A stretch of DNA of 46,941 bases, taken from the IMG/VR virus record IMGVR_UViG_3300032024_000157, positions 1 to 46,941 of that record; one strand, 5' to 3'. Both the position numbers and the translations under genes were made by a program. Positions 29,524 to 38,146 of this stretch are shown piece after piece. The DNA comes from a virus. Lineage: Duplodnaviria > Caudoviricetes. Position 1 is the stretch's first letter; every line of letters starts with the position of its first letter. The notes under the pieces were generated by a model. The model made no database searches. It had not been told where the DNA came from and saw nothing but the letters and a program-made list of their open reading frames with translations.

Positions 29524-32043
29524 TTAACAAGCTCCCCAGGAGCGTCCAAATTTAATGTCGACTGAAATAATCACTTTGATTCCGTGAATAACGAGTTCGT
29601 TGTCGAACCACCGATGCAGGTTTTCGGCAGCAAAGTTATGAAGACGAGTAGGGAACTGCCCGGCAATGGCGTCATGGATTTGAAGGAGGGGTTCCACGAA
29701 GAGGGCGCCCGACTTACGACGGTTAGTCGTGTCGAACCACAGACGTTTGAGAGCAAGGTTTGTTGCATAGGTAGTATTGGCTTGAGGTTCGGACGCGAGT
29801 GCTTGACGAATTATGTCGTCTTCGATGTTGCGGGGGTTGCGGATGCCGAAGAAACGTCGGCGGATGCCAGCAGCGGTTTGAAGGACTCCACCTGTTTCAA
29901 CAAGATGAGTCCGCATCCACTGGCTTCTGGCTGAGATGTTATACCGGAGCATATAAAGGCGTTGATACTTTGCCACCTCAGACGGTGGTACGTCGATAAG
30001 TCCATCGGAGTCCTTAAAAATAGTAGCGGAGATAGTGTCTTCTTTGCCCTCATAGTTTGAGCCGTGTTGGACTCGCTTCATCGAAACGTATTTCCAGTCG
30101 GCGGGTCGACCGTCAGGAAGCATGCCTTTAGGGATGACTACCTTCTCGCATTCGGCCTTGGCGTCCTGACTGCCGAGGCGGGCAATAACGGAGGCGTCTT
30201 GGCCGGCCTCCATGACTTCAAGCATACGGAGTAAAAGGACCGCGGGCTTAACCCCTGCTTTGAGGTCTTCGAGCATGAGAGGGTGACCCAAGGCAGCAAG
30301 GTCAGCGGCGACAGTCCACGCATCAGCCCCTTTAAGGTCGGCTTGGAAGAAGGTGAAATCGTCGCCGTCGGGTATGCAGACATCTCGGAGGGATTTGGTT
30401 ACGTTTTGGAGGTTCGTCCCATCAAACGAGTGACCGACCTTCCCCTTCGCGGTGTAGAAGAGTTCCGCAATGGAAGTTTCGCGACTATTGCTCCGGCCCG
30501 TGACATCCGCCACGAGATTGTAGGCAGTACGCAGTCGCCCATCACTACTTGGAGTAAGCTTTTCAATGTCACTGATTCTTGTGCGAAGGTTAACAGCCCG
30601 AATGAGGTTGAGAAGTACGGAATCTTTACGCTTATTGTAAAAACGGAGCATGACTTCTTCCTTTGTAGTCGTGCCGTAACGCTTGTAGGGGGTGTGGGCC
30701 AGGAAATCATACAGAAGCCATTGTTTGTCCGTGGTGGATTTGGGGTTGAAAGAGTGCCCAAGGATGGGTAGGGTTACTTTGTCAACCGCTTCAATGAGTT
30801 TATTAAGTTCCTGTTCAGCTTCACAACGGTGCGCTGCCGCACGAACGGTGTCAAAACGACAGCCGCGCAAATGTAGGTAAGTGAAACAAGGAATAAGGTT
30901 AACGTTAAACTCATAGTGACTATAAGCCGCAGGATAGCGTCGAAGAACAGGTTCAATGGCGCGGTCCACCTCTTCGGTGCACGCCGAGTCCTTGAAGTTG
31001 TATAAAAGCTTGACATTGGAGTTTTGGGATTCACGGTCGTCTTTATAGTACGGTTCCTCTGTCCACAGGGACGTCGCAACCGCGAGAGATTTTTCGAGTT
31101 CATTGTAAAATTCCCATTGCTTCATCATGGTGTCGGAGATGATTCCGTCCACCACACAAGCGTGGCGCCAACCCAACACTAGAGTTTCATAGAAGGCGTT
31201 GTGACATTTTTTGCCACAGGCCGGGTCTGCGAGCCATGCCGAAAGGGCCGTCCAGACGAGGGCTTCCTCTTCTTCCGACCAGTAGTGGGCACCATCAATA
31301 TAGAACGGGATAACGATTCCACTATGCGGCGTTGGACAGACGGAGAGCATTGTAACACCGATAGCGTCAGAATAGCCCTCGATGTCAAAACTTGCACTTG
31401 CCTGCCGCGAACGGAGGTCTGCAAGAAAGATAAGGACCTCTTGTGCCGTCGGACGAAGGTTGCCAACTCGAACAGCTGGAACAATGCTGACCGTAGTAGA
31501 GTGTCGAACTGCTCTGGCAATGTCTGACCTAAAATAGGCCACGTCGCCAAAGGCACGTTGGATGTAAGCCGGGTGGAAACAGGCGACAGTTTTGTGACCG
31601 GTGCTGCCATGAAAGATACTGCCTCGCCACTCTTGAAGCGGAACGATGTAGCCCGCCGGATTTCCCTTGTTTGGCTTCCCCTGATAGCACTTGTCGGGCT
31701 TGAAGAAACGAAAGGCAGTGCGTCCAAGAGCCAACACACAATTCGGTTGGAACTTGTGTAGGTCTTCTGTAAGCTGCACGATGCCGCCCTGAATTTCCGG
31801 CCCGTGCCAATCAAAGGAGTCGATGTCATTATAAGGTGGATGGTGTTGAGTGATGTTGCCAAGAAAACAAGACTGCGGTAGGATGCCAGAATGCGATAGG
31901 ACCGCACGTAAAAGTTTGCCGCTCGACCCCACAAACGGTTCACCCGCCTGTTCTTCGTCTTGACCAGGGGCTTCGCCGACGACTGCTAGGCGACGACCTT
32001 GTGGGTCGGGGATTGAGGGAAAGAGGTTCGGGACGAGAGGCAT
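29524..32043 (-). CDS. polA: family A DNA polymerase with N-terminal uracil-DNA glycosylase-like domain
   Basis: UDG-4-like VGEAPG, PFVGSSG, HPAY; exonuclease FDIEG, HNAFYE, YNFKD; polymerase TGRSNS, NLQN, ADLKGAD, KRVQHGSNY, QIHDA. Confidence 0.92.
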   Translation of the reverse strand: MPLVPNLFPSIPDPQGRRLAVVGEAPGQDEEQAGEPFVGSSGKLLRAVLSHSGILPQSCFLGNITQHHPPYNDIDSFDWHGPEIQGGIVQLTEDLHKFQPNCVLALGRTAFRFFKPDKCYQGKPNKGNPAGYIVPLQEWRGSIFHGSTGHKTVACFHPAYIQRAFGDVAYFRSDIARAVRHSTTVSIVPAVRVGNLRPTAQEVLIFLADLRSRQASASFDIEGYSDAIGVTMLSVCPTPHSGIVIPFYIDGAHYWSEEEEALVWTALSAWLADPACGKKCHNAFYETLVLGWRHACVVDGIISDTMMKQWEFYNELEKSLAVATSLWTEEPYYKDDRESQNSNVKLLYNFKDSACTEEVDRAIEPVLRRYPAAYSHYEFNVNLIPCFTYLHLRGCRFDTVRAAAHRCEAEQELNKLIEAVDKVTLPILGHSFNPKSTTDKQWLLYDFLAHTPYKRYGTTTKEEVMLRFYNKRKDSVLLNLIRAVNLRTRISDIEKLTPSSDGRLRTAYNLVADVTGRSNSRETSIAELFYTAKGKVGHSFDGTNLQNVTKSLRDVCIPDGDDFTFFQADLKGADAWTVAADLAALGHPLMLEDLKAGVKPAVLLLRMLEVMEAGQDASVIARLGSQDAKAECEKVVIPKGMLPDGRPADWKYVSMKRVQHGSNYEGKEDTISATIFKDSDGLIDVPPSEVAKYQRLYMLRYNISARSQWMRTHLVETGGVLQTAAGIRRRFFGIRNPRNIEDDIIRQALASEPQANTTYATNLALKRLWFDTTNRRKSGALFVEPLLQIHDAIAGQFPTRLHNFAAENLHRWFDNELVIHGIKVIISVDIKFGRSWGAC

Positions 32044-32495
32044 TAGAATTCAGGTGGTTCATCGGTGTTTTGTTCGCCCAAGTCCCTTTCAAGAATTGAA
32101 GGCAACCTTGGGGCGGGAATATGCGAGAGTGGCGAGGGAAGGGTCGGCACAGGCGTCCGGGCTTGGGTTGCTTCTTTCCACGTGGTAATGGCGACTCGTA
32201 AGAAGGCGATGTATTGTATCTGCCCATGCACCCGCATCCTCTCCCCATAGCACCGCTTCCAGAAAGCCTTGAAAGCGTCCGGCATCGGGGTAAGTAGTGG
32301 GCCTTCTTGATCAAGGACGGCACGCTCGGCAGGTGTCGAAGCCTCGGCCTCACCCTCAGTCAACAGAACGTAAAGTTTCGGCCACTTGGTTTCGAGCCAG
32401 TCCTGTTCGACCAGCCAGTCGAGATATGAGTCGTCGACGTCTCTGATGGGCGTCCCTTTGAATTTACCATAGGGCATGGGGTCACGTTCGGTCAT
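32043..32495 (-). CDS. DUF3820 / ExoX C-terminal-like small-domain protein
   Basis: MPYGKFKGTPIRDVDDSYLDWL signature. Confidence 0.75.
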   Translation of the reverse strand: MTERDPMPYGKFKGTPIRDVDDSYLDWLVEQDWLETKWPKLYVLLTEGEAEASTPAERAVLDQEGPLLTPMPDAFKAFWKRCYGERMRVHGQIQYIAFLRVAITTWKEATQARTPVPTLPSPLSHIPAPRLPSILERDLGEQNTDEPPEF

Positions 32496-33961
32496 ATAAA
32501 CTTGACGTTCTTCAACGAACGTCTGTAGAGTTCTGATACGTTGACCACGCAGGCAGCATGGTGCTTTTCGTTGACTTCAATTGCAAGCGGCTGGAGACCA
32601 TACTCAATCGCAGCCAAAGTCGAACTGCCAACTCCTGCGAACGGGTCGAGCACGAGTTGTCCTTTGTGCGCGACAGCGGCGTAGAGCCACTGCCAGAGCT
32701 TAGGCGGTTTGGCAAAAGGGTGTTGTAATGCACGAGTTCCTTCGTCAGTAGCACCCATATAGACAGAGGAAGCCTGCGGTGTAAGTAGCGTAGCATTTCC
32801 TTTTCGGCAGACGATAGCGATTTCATAGTCTTTAGTGAAATTATAAAGAGCCATTTGGTTCATGCAACGGTGGGTCTTGTGCCAAATGAGAGGCCAACGT
32901 TGGACTTTGAAGCCGACACCAAGACAGCGGTCGTAAAGATATTGCCACGTCATTGCGTCAGTCCACATAATGCAGAAGCCGGTAGGTTTGAGGGTGCGAA
33001 AAGCCTGATGGACGAAAGAGTCGAGAAGATCCAGGTTGGGTTGGACTTCATGTTCGGCCTTGACGTCGTCAAGATTCTTCATCCCACCGTGTGGATTTGA
33101 TTGGTCAATGTAGTCCACATCAATAGCATACGGCGGGTCGGTAATAATATGATCCACACTGTCGCCGTCAAAGTTCTTCATGACCTCCAAGCAGTCGCCC
33201 TTTAGACACATCTTGCTAAGTGGAATGAGCATGACGTCGCCTGTCGGCTCTGCACCTGGCTGTTCGCCGTCGTCTTGCAGTTGGGCCACCGAGCCGGACG
33301 ACGGGCCGCCAATAGTAGCAAACACGTTGGTATCATCCAACTGTGCATCCATCAACATCTTTCTTGCGGCCTCGATGTCGAGGGACGGCAAGGTCATCTT
33401 AGCTAGAAGCTTGTTGGACTCTTCTGCTTTACGCTTGACAATTAGATTAAGAGCGTCCCACATCCGTTCGCACTTTTCAATTTCCTTATCACCTTGTTTG
33501 ATATAGACAGCCAACTCTAGCGAGTAAGAAATGTTCGCCCGACTCATGCCAAGCAGTTCACCCGTAGCGTCTTGTGTCCACCGCTCGCCGTGCAGTATCT
33601 TAAACATCGACTGCTTAGCATGAACGTCTGCAATGGCAAGCACACGCTCTTGCCATGACATGGCCTTGCGACGGACGTTCTCCTCGACCTCAAGGATACG
33701 TAAGGTAACTTCGTCGGCTACTTCAAAGTAAGTAACAGGAATATCAACCCACCCCAACTTGCGCATAGCACGCAGACGACGACCACCAGCGACGAGTGTG
33801 CCGTCCAGACGGACGACAATAGGTTGGAGAAGGCCGAGAGTTTTGATACTTTCAGCGAGTTCGTCGATATCTCCATAGTCTTTGCGGATTCGGTCTTTAT
33901 CATTGATAGATGTGATTGGAACGAGGAAGCGTTTGTTATTGTCGATGGTAGGAAGGGTCAT
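32492..33961 (-). CDS. ParB-like N-terminal domain fused to N6-adenine/N4-cytosine DNA methyltransferase
   Basis: LAESIKTLGLLQPIVV...AGGRRLRA...EENVRR; GDCLEVM, TDPPY, HPFAKP, VLDPFAGVGS (beta-class motif order). Confidence 0.9.
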   Translation of the reverse strand: MTLPTIDNNKRFLVPITSINDKDRIRKDYGDIDELAESIKTLGLLQPIVVRLDGTLVAGGRRLRAMRKLGWVDIPVTYFEVADEVTLRILEVEENVRRKAMSWQERVLAIADVHAKQSMFKILHGERWTQDATGELLGMSRANISYSLELAVYIKQGDKEIEKCERMWDALNLIVKRKAEESNKLLAKMTLPSLDIEAARKMLMDAQLDDTNVFATIGGPSSGSVAQLQDDGEQPGAEPTGDVMLIPLSKMCLKGDCLEVMKNFDGDSVDHIITDPPYAIDVDYIDQSNPHGGMKNLDDVKAEHEVQPNLDLLDSFVHQAFRTLKPTGFCIMWTDAMTWQYLYDRCLGVGFKVQRWPLIWHKTHRCMNQMALYNFTKDYEIAIVCRKGNATLLTPQASSVYMGATDEGTRALQHPFAKPPKLWQWLYAAVAHKGQLVLDPFAGVGSSTLAAIEYGLQPLAIEVNEKHHAACVVNVSELYRRSLKNVKFI

Positions 33962-34182
33962 AAAAGGTGAAATTTGTGTGCCATACTATAGATTACTTTC
34001 TTTTGGTCGAGAGAGAAACGAGTTGCGCCATGTTGCCAACGGACAAATTCTTGTTGCCACTCGTTAAGTTCGAAGTCGCCGTCGGATAGGTCGTTGAGGA
34101 TAAGTCTGGCGCATTCATTTGACATGCGTTCAGGACTTATAGCCCGTGGTGAAGACTGTCCAAGGTCAAGTAGGAGGCTCAT
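33958..34182 (-). CDS. hypothetical protein (74 aa)
   Basis: LNEWQQEFV...FSLDQKKVI; overlaps the start of the next gene. Confidence 0.7.
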   Translation of the reverse strand: MSLLLDLGQSSPRAISPERMSNECARLILNDLSDGDFELNEWQQEFVRWQHGATRFSLDQKKVIYSMAHKFHLL

Positions 34183-34470
34183 TTAGTTTGGTGGTTCTGG
34201 CAACTTATACCCCTTCGGTGTGTTTTTTGGTAAGTTCTTTGGATGCATAAGTACTGTTTTAATGGCTGTTGCTAGGTCAACCACTCTACAACCGCGCCCA
34301 ATATTGCGTGCGTGTTCTTCGGCAAGTTTTTTGTGAGGGCTGTGCCACGGACGGCTCAGGCCGGGATCACGCACGACTGTGCTGCCGTCTTTGCTAATAA
34401 TAACAAAGATGTCCTCGGCACGTCTACCGCCAGTGTTGATACGAAGCTCGTTAACTAGGTTAGATTCCAT
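34183..34470 (-). CDS. hypothetical protein (95 aa)
   Basis: Abuts the downstream gene; A-rich leader. Confidence 0.7.
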   Translation of the reverse strand: MESNLVNELRINTGGRRAEDIFVIISKDGSTVVRDPGLSRPWHSPHKKLAEEHARNIGRGCRVVDLATAIKTVLMHPKNLPKNTPKGYKLPEPPN

Positions 34471-34846
34471 ATTTAGTTGTTGATATAATGCAGTCTTACT
34501 GTCTTACCACTCAGAGCTGCAATGAATGTTTATGCCGGGAAAATAGAGTAAACCCGGACTTGCGACCGGACTCATTGGTACAGACAGCATAATACTCTTC
34601 GAGTCGAAATTGGTAAGCCTTTTCGCGACATGCTCAGGTCGGTGGCGTTATGATGGTCTTGCAAGACCAGAGGATGCGGTGGTGGTTGCGCTACGCCACG
34701 CGTCCGCTCGACTTGCATGGCCCATTAGCGTGACTGCCTAGAACGCTTGGCTTGCTATGCCTTGCTCGCGTCACGGTGGCTTCGGATTGAATACCGATTA
34801 AGAAGAGAAGCGGTCTCTGACGACTCTGAGTTACACCGCAAGTTGC
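34471..34846 (-). ncRNA. candidate structured RNA region
   Basis: 376-bp gap with no ORF of 60 aa or more in a dense genome; several stems, GCAA loops and a small pseudoknot on the - strand. Confidence 0.45.
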
Positions 34847-35284
34847 TTAGTGCTGGAGCTTGATGTAAGCCTTGACACGATTCTGGTTGCCGAACTCCTC
34901 CGACGACTCGACAGCCAGACGGAACGACACCGGCTTGCCGACATACATCGCCGGGTCGCCAAACGAACCTTCCTTTGTACCAAACACGGCCTCTTTGATT
35001 TGGGCCAGCTTGGTCATGCAGGTGTAAGTTTCGGTCGGCGGAGTGAGCCAGACCGTATCGCGCAGAAGAAAACCGGCAGGACGGGTTTGTCCTGACGTGG
35101 TACGTGTCGGATGAGTCGTGGTAAACTCAAAGAACACACCGGGTGTTTTCTTTTCTTTTGACGTGCCTTGATAGCACTTGGCAATAACGGCTGAGACGAT
35201 ACCGGCTTCAAGAACCGGAAATGATGTATCAACACCGGACAGGTCGGCGTTGAGCATCGAATCTACTGATGGGACTTCATTCAT
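34847..35284 (-). CDS. putative single-stranded DNA-binding protein (DUF669-like)
   Basis: DTSFPVLEAG...SKEKKTP...YVGKPVSF...EFGNQNRVKAY; adjacent to the Sak4-like ATPase. Confidence 0.65.
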   Translation of the reverse strand: MNEVPSVDSMLNADLSGVDTSFPVLEAGIVSAVIAKCYQGTSKEKKTPGVFFEFTTTHPTRTTSGQTRPAGFLLRDTVWLTPPTETYTCMTKLAQIKEAVFGTKEGSFGDPAMYVGKPVSFRLAVESSEEFGNQNRVKAYIKLQH

Positions 35285-35336
35285 ATGTATATGTGGGTTG
35301 GTTGTTCGAAGCATAATGCTTCAAAGCTGGTTCGGG

Positions 35337-36098
35337 TCAGGAACTGACCTTGACGCCCAGCAAGGGAGCAAGGATAGTCCAAATTTCGGTTGGTTTTTTA
35401 TCAGTGGTGTCGATGTTATGAGGAAGCGTGCGAATAGAAGTGCCCAGTGGTGGCCACTGAGAAAGGGGCACGGTGCGAAGACTGTATTTCATTTTCGCAC
35501 CTGGAATTTGTTCTGCTACGCAGCCGATGACGTCGGTGAAGAGACCGCCCAATGTGTCCTTGGCCTGACCGGGCAAGGCCAATGTGTGATGAGTGACCTT
35601 GGTATCATCGTCAGTCCAAGTAGTCTTGTGAACGGTGCAGATGATATACTTTCCAGTCGAACGAAGGTCGAAGATAAGTCCACGGAACATCGTCAAGAGC
35701 TTTCCGTAGTCGGGAATGGTCATGGCTTCAATGGGCTTGCCGGACTTGTCTGTGTCGCCCATCCGTTTATGCTCGGCAATGCACCAAGCACACATGTATT
35801 CAGACAGAATGGTTAGACTGTCAACAATGATTGTATCAATAGTCGGGTCGGCCATTGCAACCTTTAGGTCAGCCAATGCTTGTTTCCAGACCTCGCCGGG
35901 TGTTTTGACTGTCGTGCTTGGCGTGTCGTACTTGATGTTCTTGCCGACAGAGACACGCAAGGCGGAGTCTAGATTGTTGTCGACCTCAAGAAAATACGGA
36001 CGTGGAAATGCAGCGGCGACACAGGTCTTGCCGGACTTTGGATTGCCGACCAAAAGAATGGCTGGGTTGTTAGGTTCAGAAGAAGTAGAGGATTTCAC
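35337..36098 (-). CDS. AAA_24 / Sak4-like ATPase (ssDNA annealing)
   Basis: LLVGNPKSGKT, TIIVDSLT, PDYG, CTVH, LPGQ...FTDV; GTG start overlapping the upstream TGA. Confidence 0.8.
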   Translation of the reverse strand: MKSSTSSEPNNPAILLVGNPKSGKTCVAAAFPRPYFLEVDNNLDSALRVSVGKNIKYDTPSTTVKTPGEVWKQALADLKVAMADPTIDTIIVDSLTILSEYMCAWCIAEHKRMGDTDKSGKPIEAMTIPDYGKLLTMFRGLIFDLRSTGKYIICTVHKTTWTDDDTKVTHHTLALPGQAKDTLGGLFTDVIGCVAEQIPGAKMKYSLRTVPLSQWPPLGTSIRTLPHNIDTTDKKPTEIWTILAPLLGVKVSS

Positions 36099-36520
36099 GG
36101 GGTGGTGTTGGGTTCTGTGCACTTAACGACCATGCGTGTTGCAATGTGTTCAGCTACGGCAGGAACTACATAGCTTTCTTCTACCAGCTTACAAGTACTG
36201 GGAAGAGCGGCATCGTGAGCACGAAGCTCAAAACAGACTCCTTCAACGGTGGCACCATACGTAATGACCGCTTCGCCTTTTGTCTTCAACCACTGCGGAG
36301 AAAGAGTCATAAGCAACTGAAGGTCTTCGCGGTTGTAAACGCTGAACCAGAAGATGCCTGAATAGGCGTTTAGTTCAACAGTGTCTGATAGTTTGTCAAA
36401 AAGATGTTTGACGAGTTGTCTTCCTGTGTGTATTCGTGCAAGGGCAGTGGCATCACTGGTACAGGCTATAAGACCCGACTCCATTGCAAGACGTATGTCG
36501 TTTTCAATTTGTGTGTTCAT
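36095..36520 (-). CDS. hypothetical protein
   Basis: Start MNTQIEND overlapping the upstream stop. Confidence 0.7.
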   Translation of the reverse strand: MNTQIENDIRLAMESGLIACTSDATALARIHTGRQLVKHLFDKLSDTVELNAYSGIFWFSVYNREDLQLLMTLSPQWLKTKGEAVITYGATVEGVCFELRAHDAALPSTCKLVEESYVVPAVAEHIATRMVVKCTEPNTTP

Positions 36521-36756
36521 AAGGTTTGTCTGTTTTGAACGGCCCGGACCAACGTCCGGAACTCTCCTATTGACAGGGTCGCAGGCGCCATTGTTTGCCC
36601 GTCCTCGTCGACGATAATAGAATCGACAGAGCAAAGAAAGACAGAATCACCAGTCATGAGGTTTATTGTTTCTTCACAAGTTGCAGAGATGTGACACGGT
36701 TGGCCACCAAGCGTAAAGGCTAAGTGGACTGTGGATTTGTTGGAGCTTGTAGTCAT
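36517..36756 (-). CDS. hypothetical protein
   Basis: ATGA coupling to both neighbours. Confidence 0.65.
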   Translation of the reverse strand: MTTSSNKSTVHLAFTLGGQPCHISATCEETINLMTGDSVFLCSVDSIIVDEDGQTMAPATLSIGEFRTLVRAVQNRQTL

Positions 36757-37703
36757 TGACGTAAAGTTAATGGGTCCCATGTAACAGGACGAAATTCAGA
36801 CGTGCTGAGAGCCAGTTCACGATGTTCTGGTGCTAATGAACAAACAGCTCGATACTGACAAGAGCCATACTTAGCAACGCACCACTTGGTTGCTTTTGGA
36901 AAATAGCCACGTTCGCAGTGAGCAAGAAAATCCGAGACCAGTGCGAGTGAATCCACATGCCACTCGTCCAAGAGCGCACGATTGATTGGTATTGTGTGGC
37001 GCAAAAATTCAAACTTAACTCCGGTCTTTGTGGGTTTACGACAACCGAGACCGTTAATAGTTATGGCTTGACAAGGTTCTTTGAAAATATATTCAAGTGC
37101 AGCCGCATAGCCATACATTTGATGTGCAATCTCGAACTCTGAAAAGAACCCCGGTCCCATCATGCTGGTGGTTTTGTGGTCAAGAAGACCGAGTTTTCCA
37201 TCAGACCGATAGGCAAGGTCAATCTTGCCGGTCCAGATGACTGTGATTGGTCCCCACGAAGCAGTGTCGACCGTGCCGATGGGCATTGCAAACGGGATTT
37301 CAACAGCGGGTTGACCGTTAGGAAGCGTGGCGACGGTCCAGACCTCGGCTGGGTGGTCGTTGATGTATTTTGTGACAGCGTCGACAAGATAGGAAGTGGT
37401 GCGGTAGTCGTCTTCGGGGGTGTTGAGAAGTTGTTGTGCGGCGTAAGTTATGATGTTGGCATTTTCAGCAACACTACGATAGGCATTGCCATACTTTTTG
37501 TATACATACTCAAGGACGTTGTGAAAAGCTCCACCAAAGTCCAAAGCGATGCGACCCCGATTGAGTTCGAGACGACGAATGATGTAATAATAAGCCTGAC
37601 GTGGGCAGGTAGTGAAAAGCTCCATCGACGAGTTGTCGATGTAGAGGACACCGTCTTTAAGCGGCGGTTTAATCGGTGTGTGCGTAGTCATCAGATGAGA
37701 CAT
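36753..37703 (-). CDS. PD-(D/E)XK exonuclease, Cas4/AddB-like
   Basis: TCPR, GGAFH, VE.PF, GKIDL, DHKTT, Q..GY and C-terminal WC...CQYRAVC cysteines. Confidence 0.85.
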   Translation of the reverse strand: MSHLMTTHTPIKPPLKDGVLYIDNSSMELFTTCPRQAYYYIIRRLELNRGRIALDFGGAFHNVLEYVYKKYGNAYRSVAENANIITYAAQQLLNTPEDDYRTTSYLVDAVTKYINDHPAEVWTVATLPNGQPAVEIPFAMPIGTVDTASWGPITVIWTGKIDLAYRSDGKLGLLDHKTTSMMGPGFFSEFEIAHQMYGYAAALEYIFKEPCQAITINGLGCRKPTKTGVKFEFLRHTIPINRALLDEWHVDSLALVSDFLAHCERGYFPKATKWCVAKYGSCQYRAVCSLAPEHRELALSTSEFRPVTWDPLTLRQ

Positions 37704-37866
37704 CTTTTGGTTTGTGTTCAATAAACTTGATAAATGGACGGTCGGCCATCCGCTTTCGAATTGCTTCAAACTCGCCATTACGAAAACAAAGGTCTCCACA
37801 TTTGGCACCGTTCATGAAGACCCTCACGTGCGTATGCGTGCAGTTGGTTTTATAGTACCAGTTCAT
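37669..37866 (-). CDS. hypothetical protein (65 aa)
   Basis: HTHVRVFMNGAKCGDLCFRNGEFE; fills the gap between flanking genes. Confidence 0.6.
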   Translation of the reverse strand: MNWYYKTNCTHTHVRVFMNGAKCGDLCFRNGEFEAIRKRMADRPFIKFIEHKPKDVSSDDYAHTD

Positions 37867-37867
37867 A

Positions 37868-38146
37868 TTAAAAGTAGTCTCCTGCTTTGGCCTTAACGTC
37901 GACAACTTTCTCTCCTTTACCCTTTGTCCTGCTTGTTGCTCCTGACTCTTGTCGCACGGCCTGTGCTAACGCTGCCGGACTTGCTCTTAGCTGTCGCATC
38001 CTGGTGTTGTAGGCCCTTAGCTGTTCTGGACTCATGCTGGATTGTGGCAGTCCGATCAACACATGTATTGGAGCCGTTGCAAACGAAGTTGACAAAGCGG
38101 TCAAAGTCGGTAGGGTCGTAGGATTTAAGGTCGTTGGTTGTGACAT
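37868..38146 (-). CDS. hypothetical protein overlapping the upstream gene
   Basis: SSMSPEQLRAY...LRASPAAL helical segment; stop 1 nt before the next start. Confidence 0.55.
   Translation of the reverse strand: MSQPTTLNPTTLPTLTALSTSFATAPIHVLIGLPQSSMSPEQLRAYNTRMRQLRASPAALAQAVRQESGATSRTKGKGEKVVDVKAKAGDYF

Noticed and set aside
34800-34846. tRNA gene (GCGGTGTAACTCAG... on the - strand)
   Set aside because: D-arm-like start but no anticodon arm, canonical T-arm or acceptor 3' strand in register
36534-36575. Further attC site (TTTGAAC...CCGGAC CAAC GTCCGG)
   Set aside because: Simple hairpin with no matching GTT box or extrahelical-base geometry
36753-37703. Cas4 as part of a CRISPR-Cas system
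   Set aside because: No cas1/cas2 or array; context is a phage recombination module
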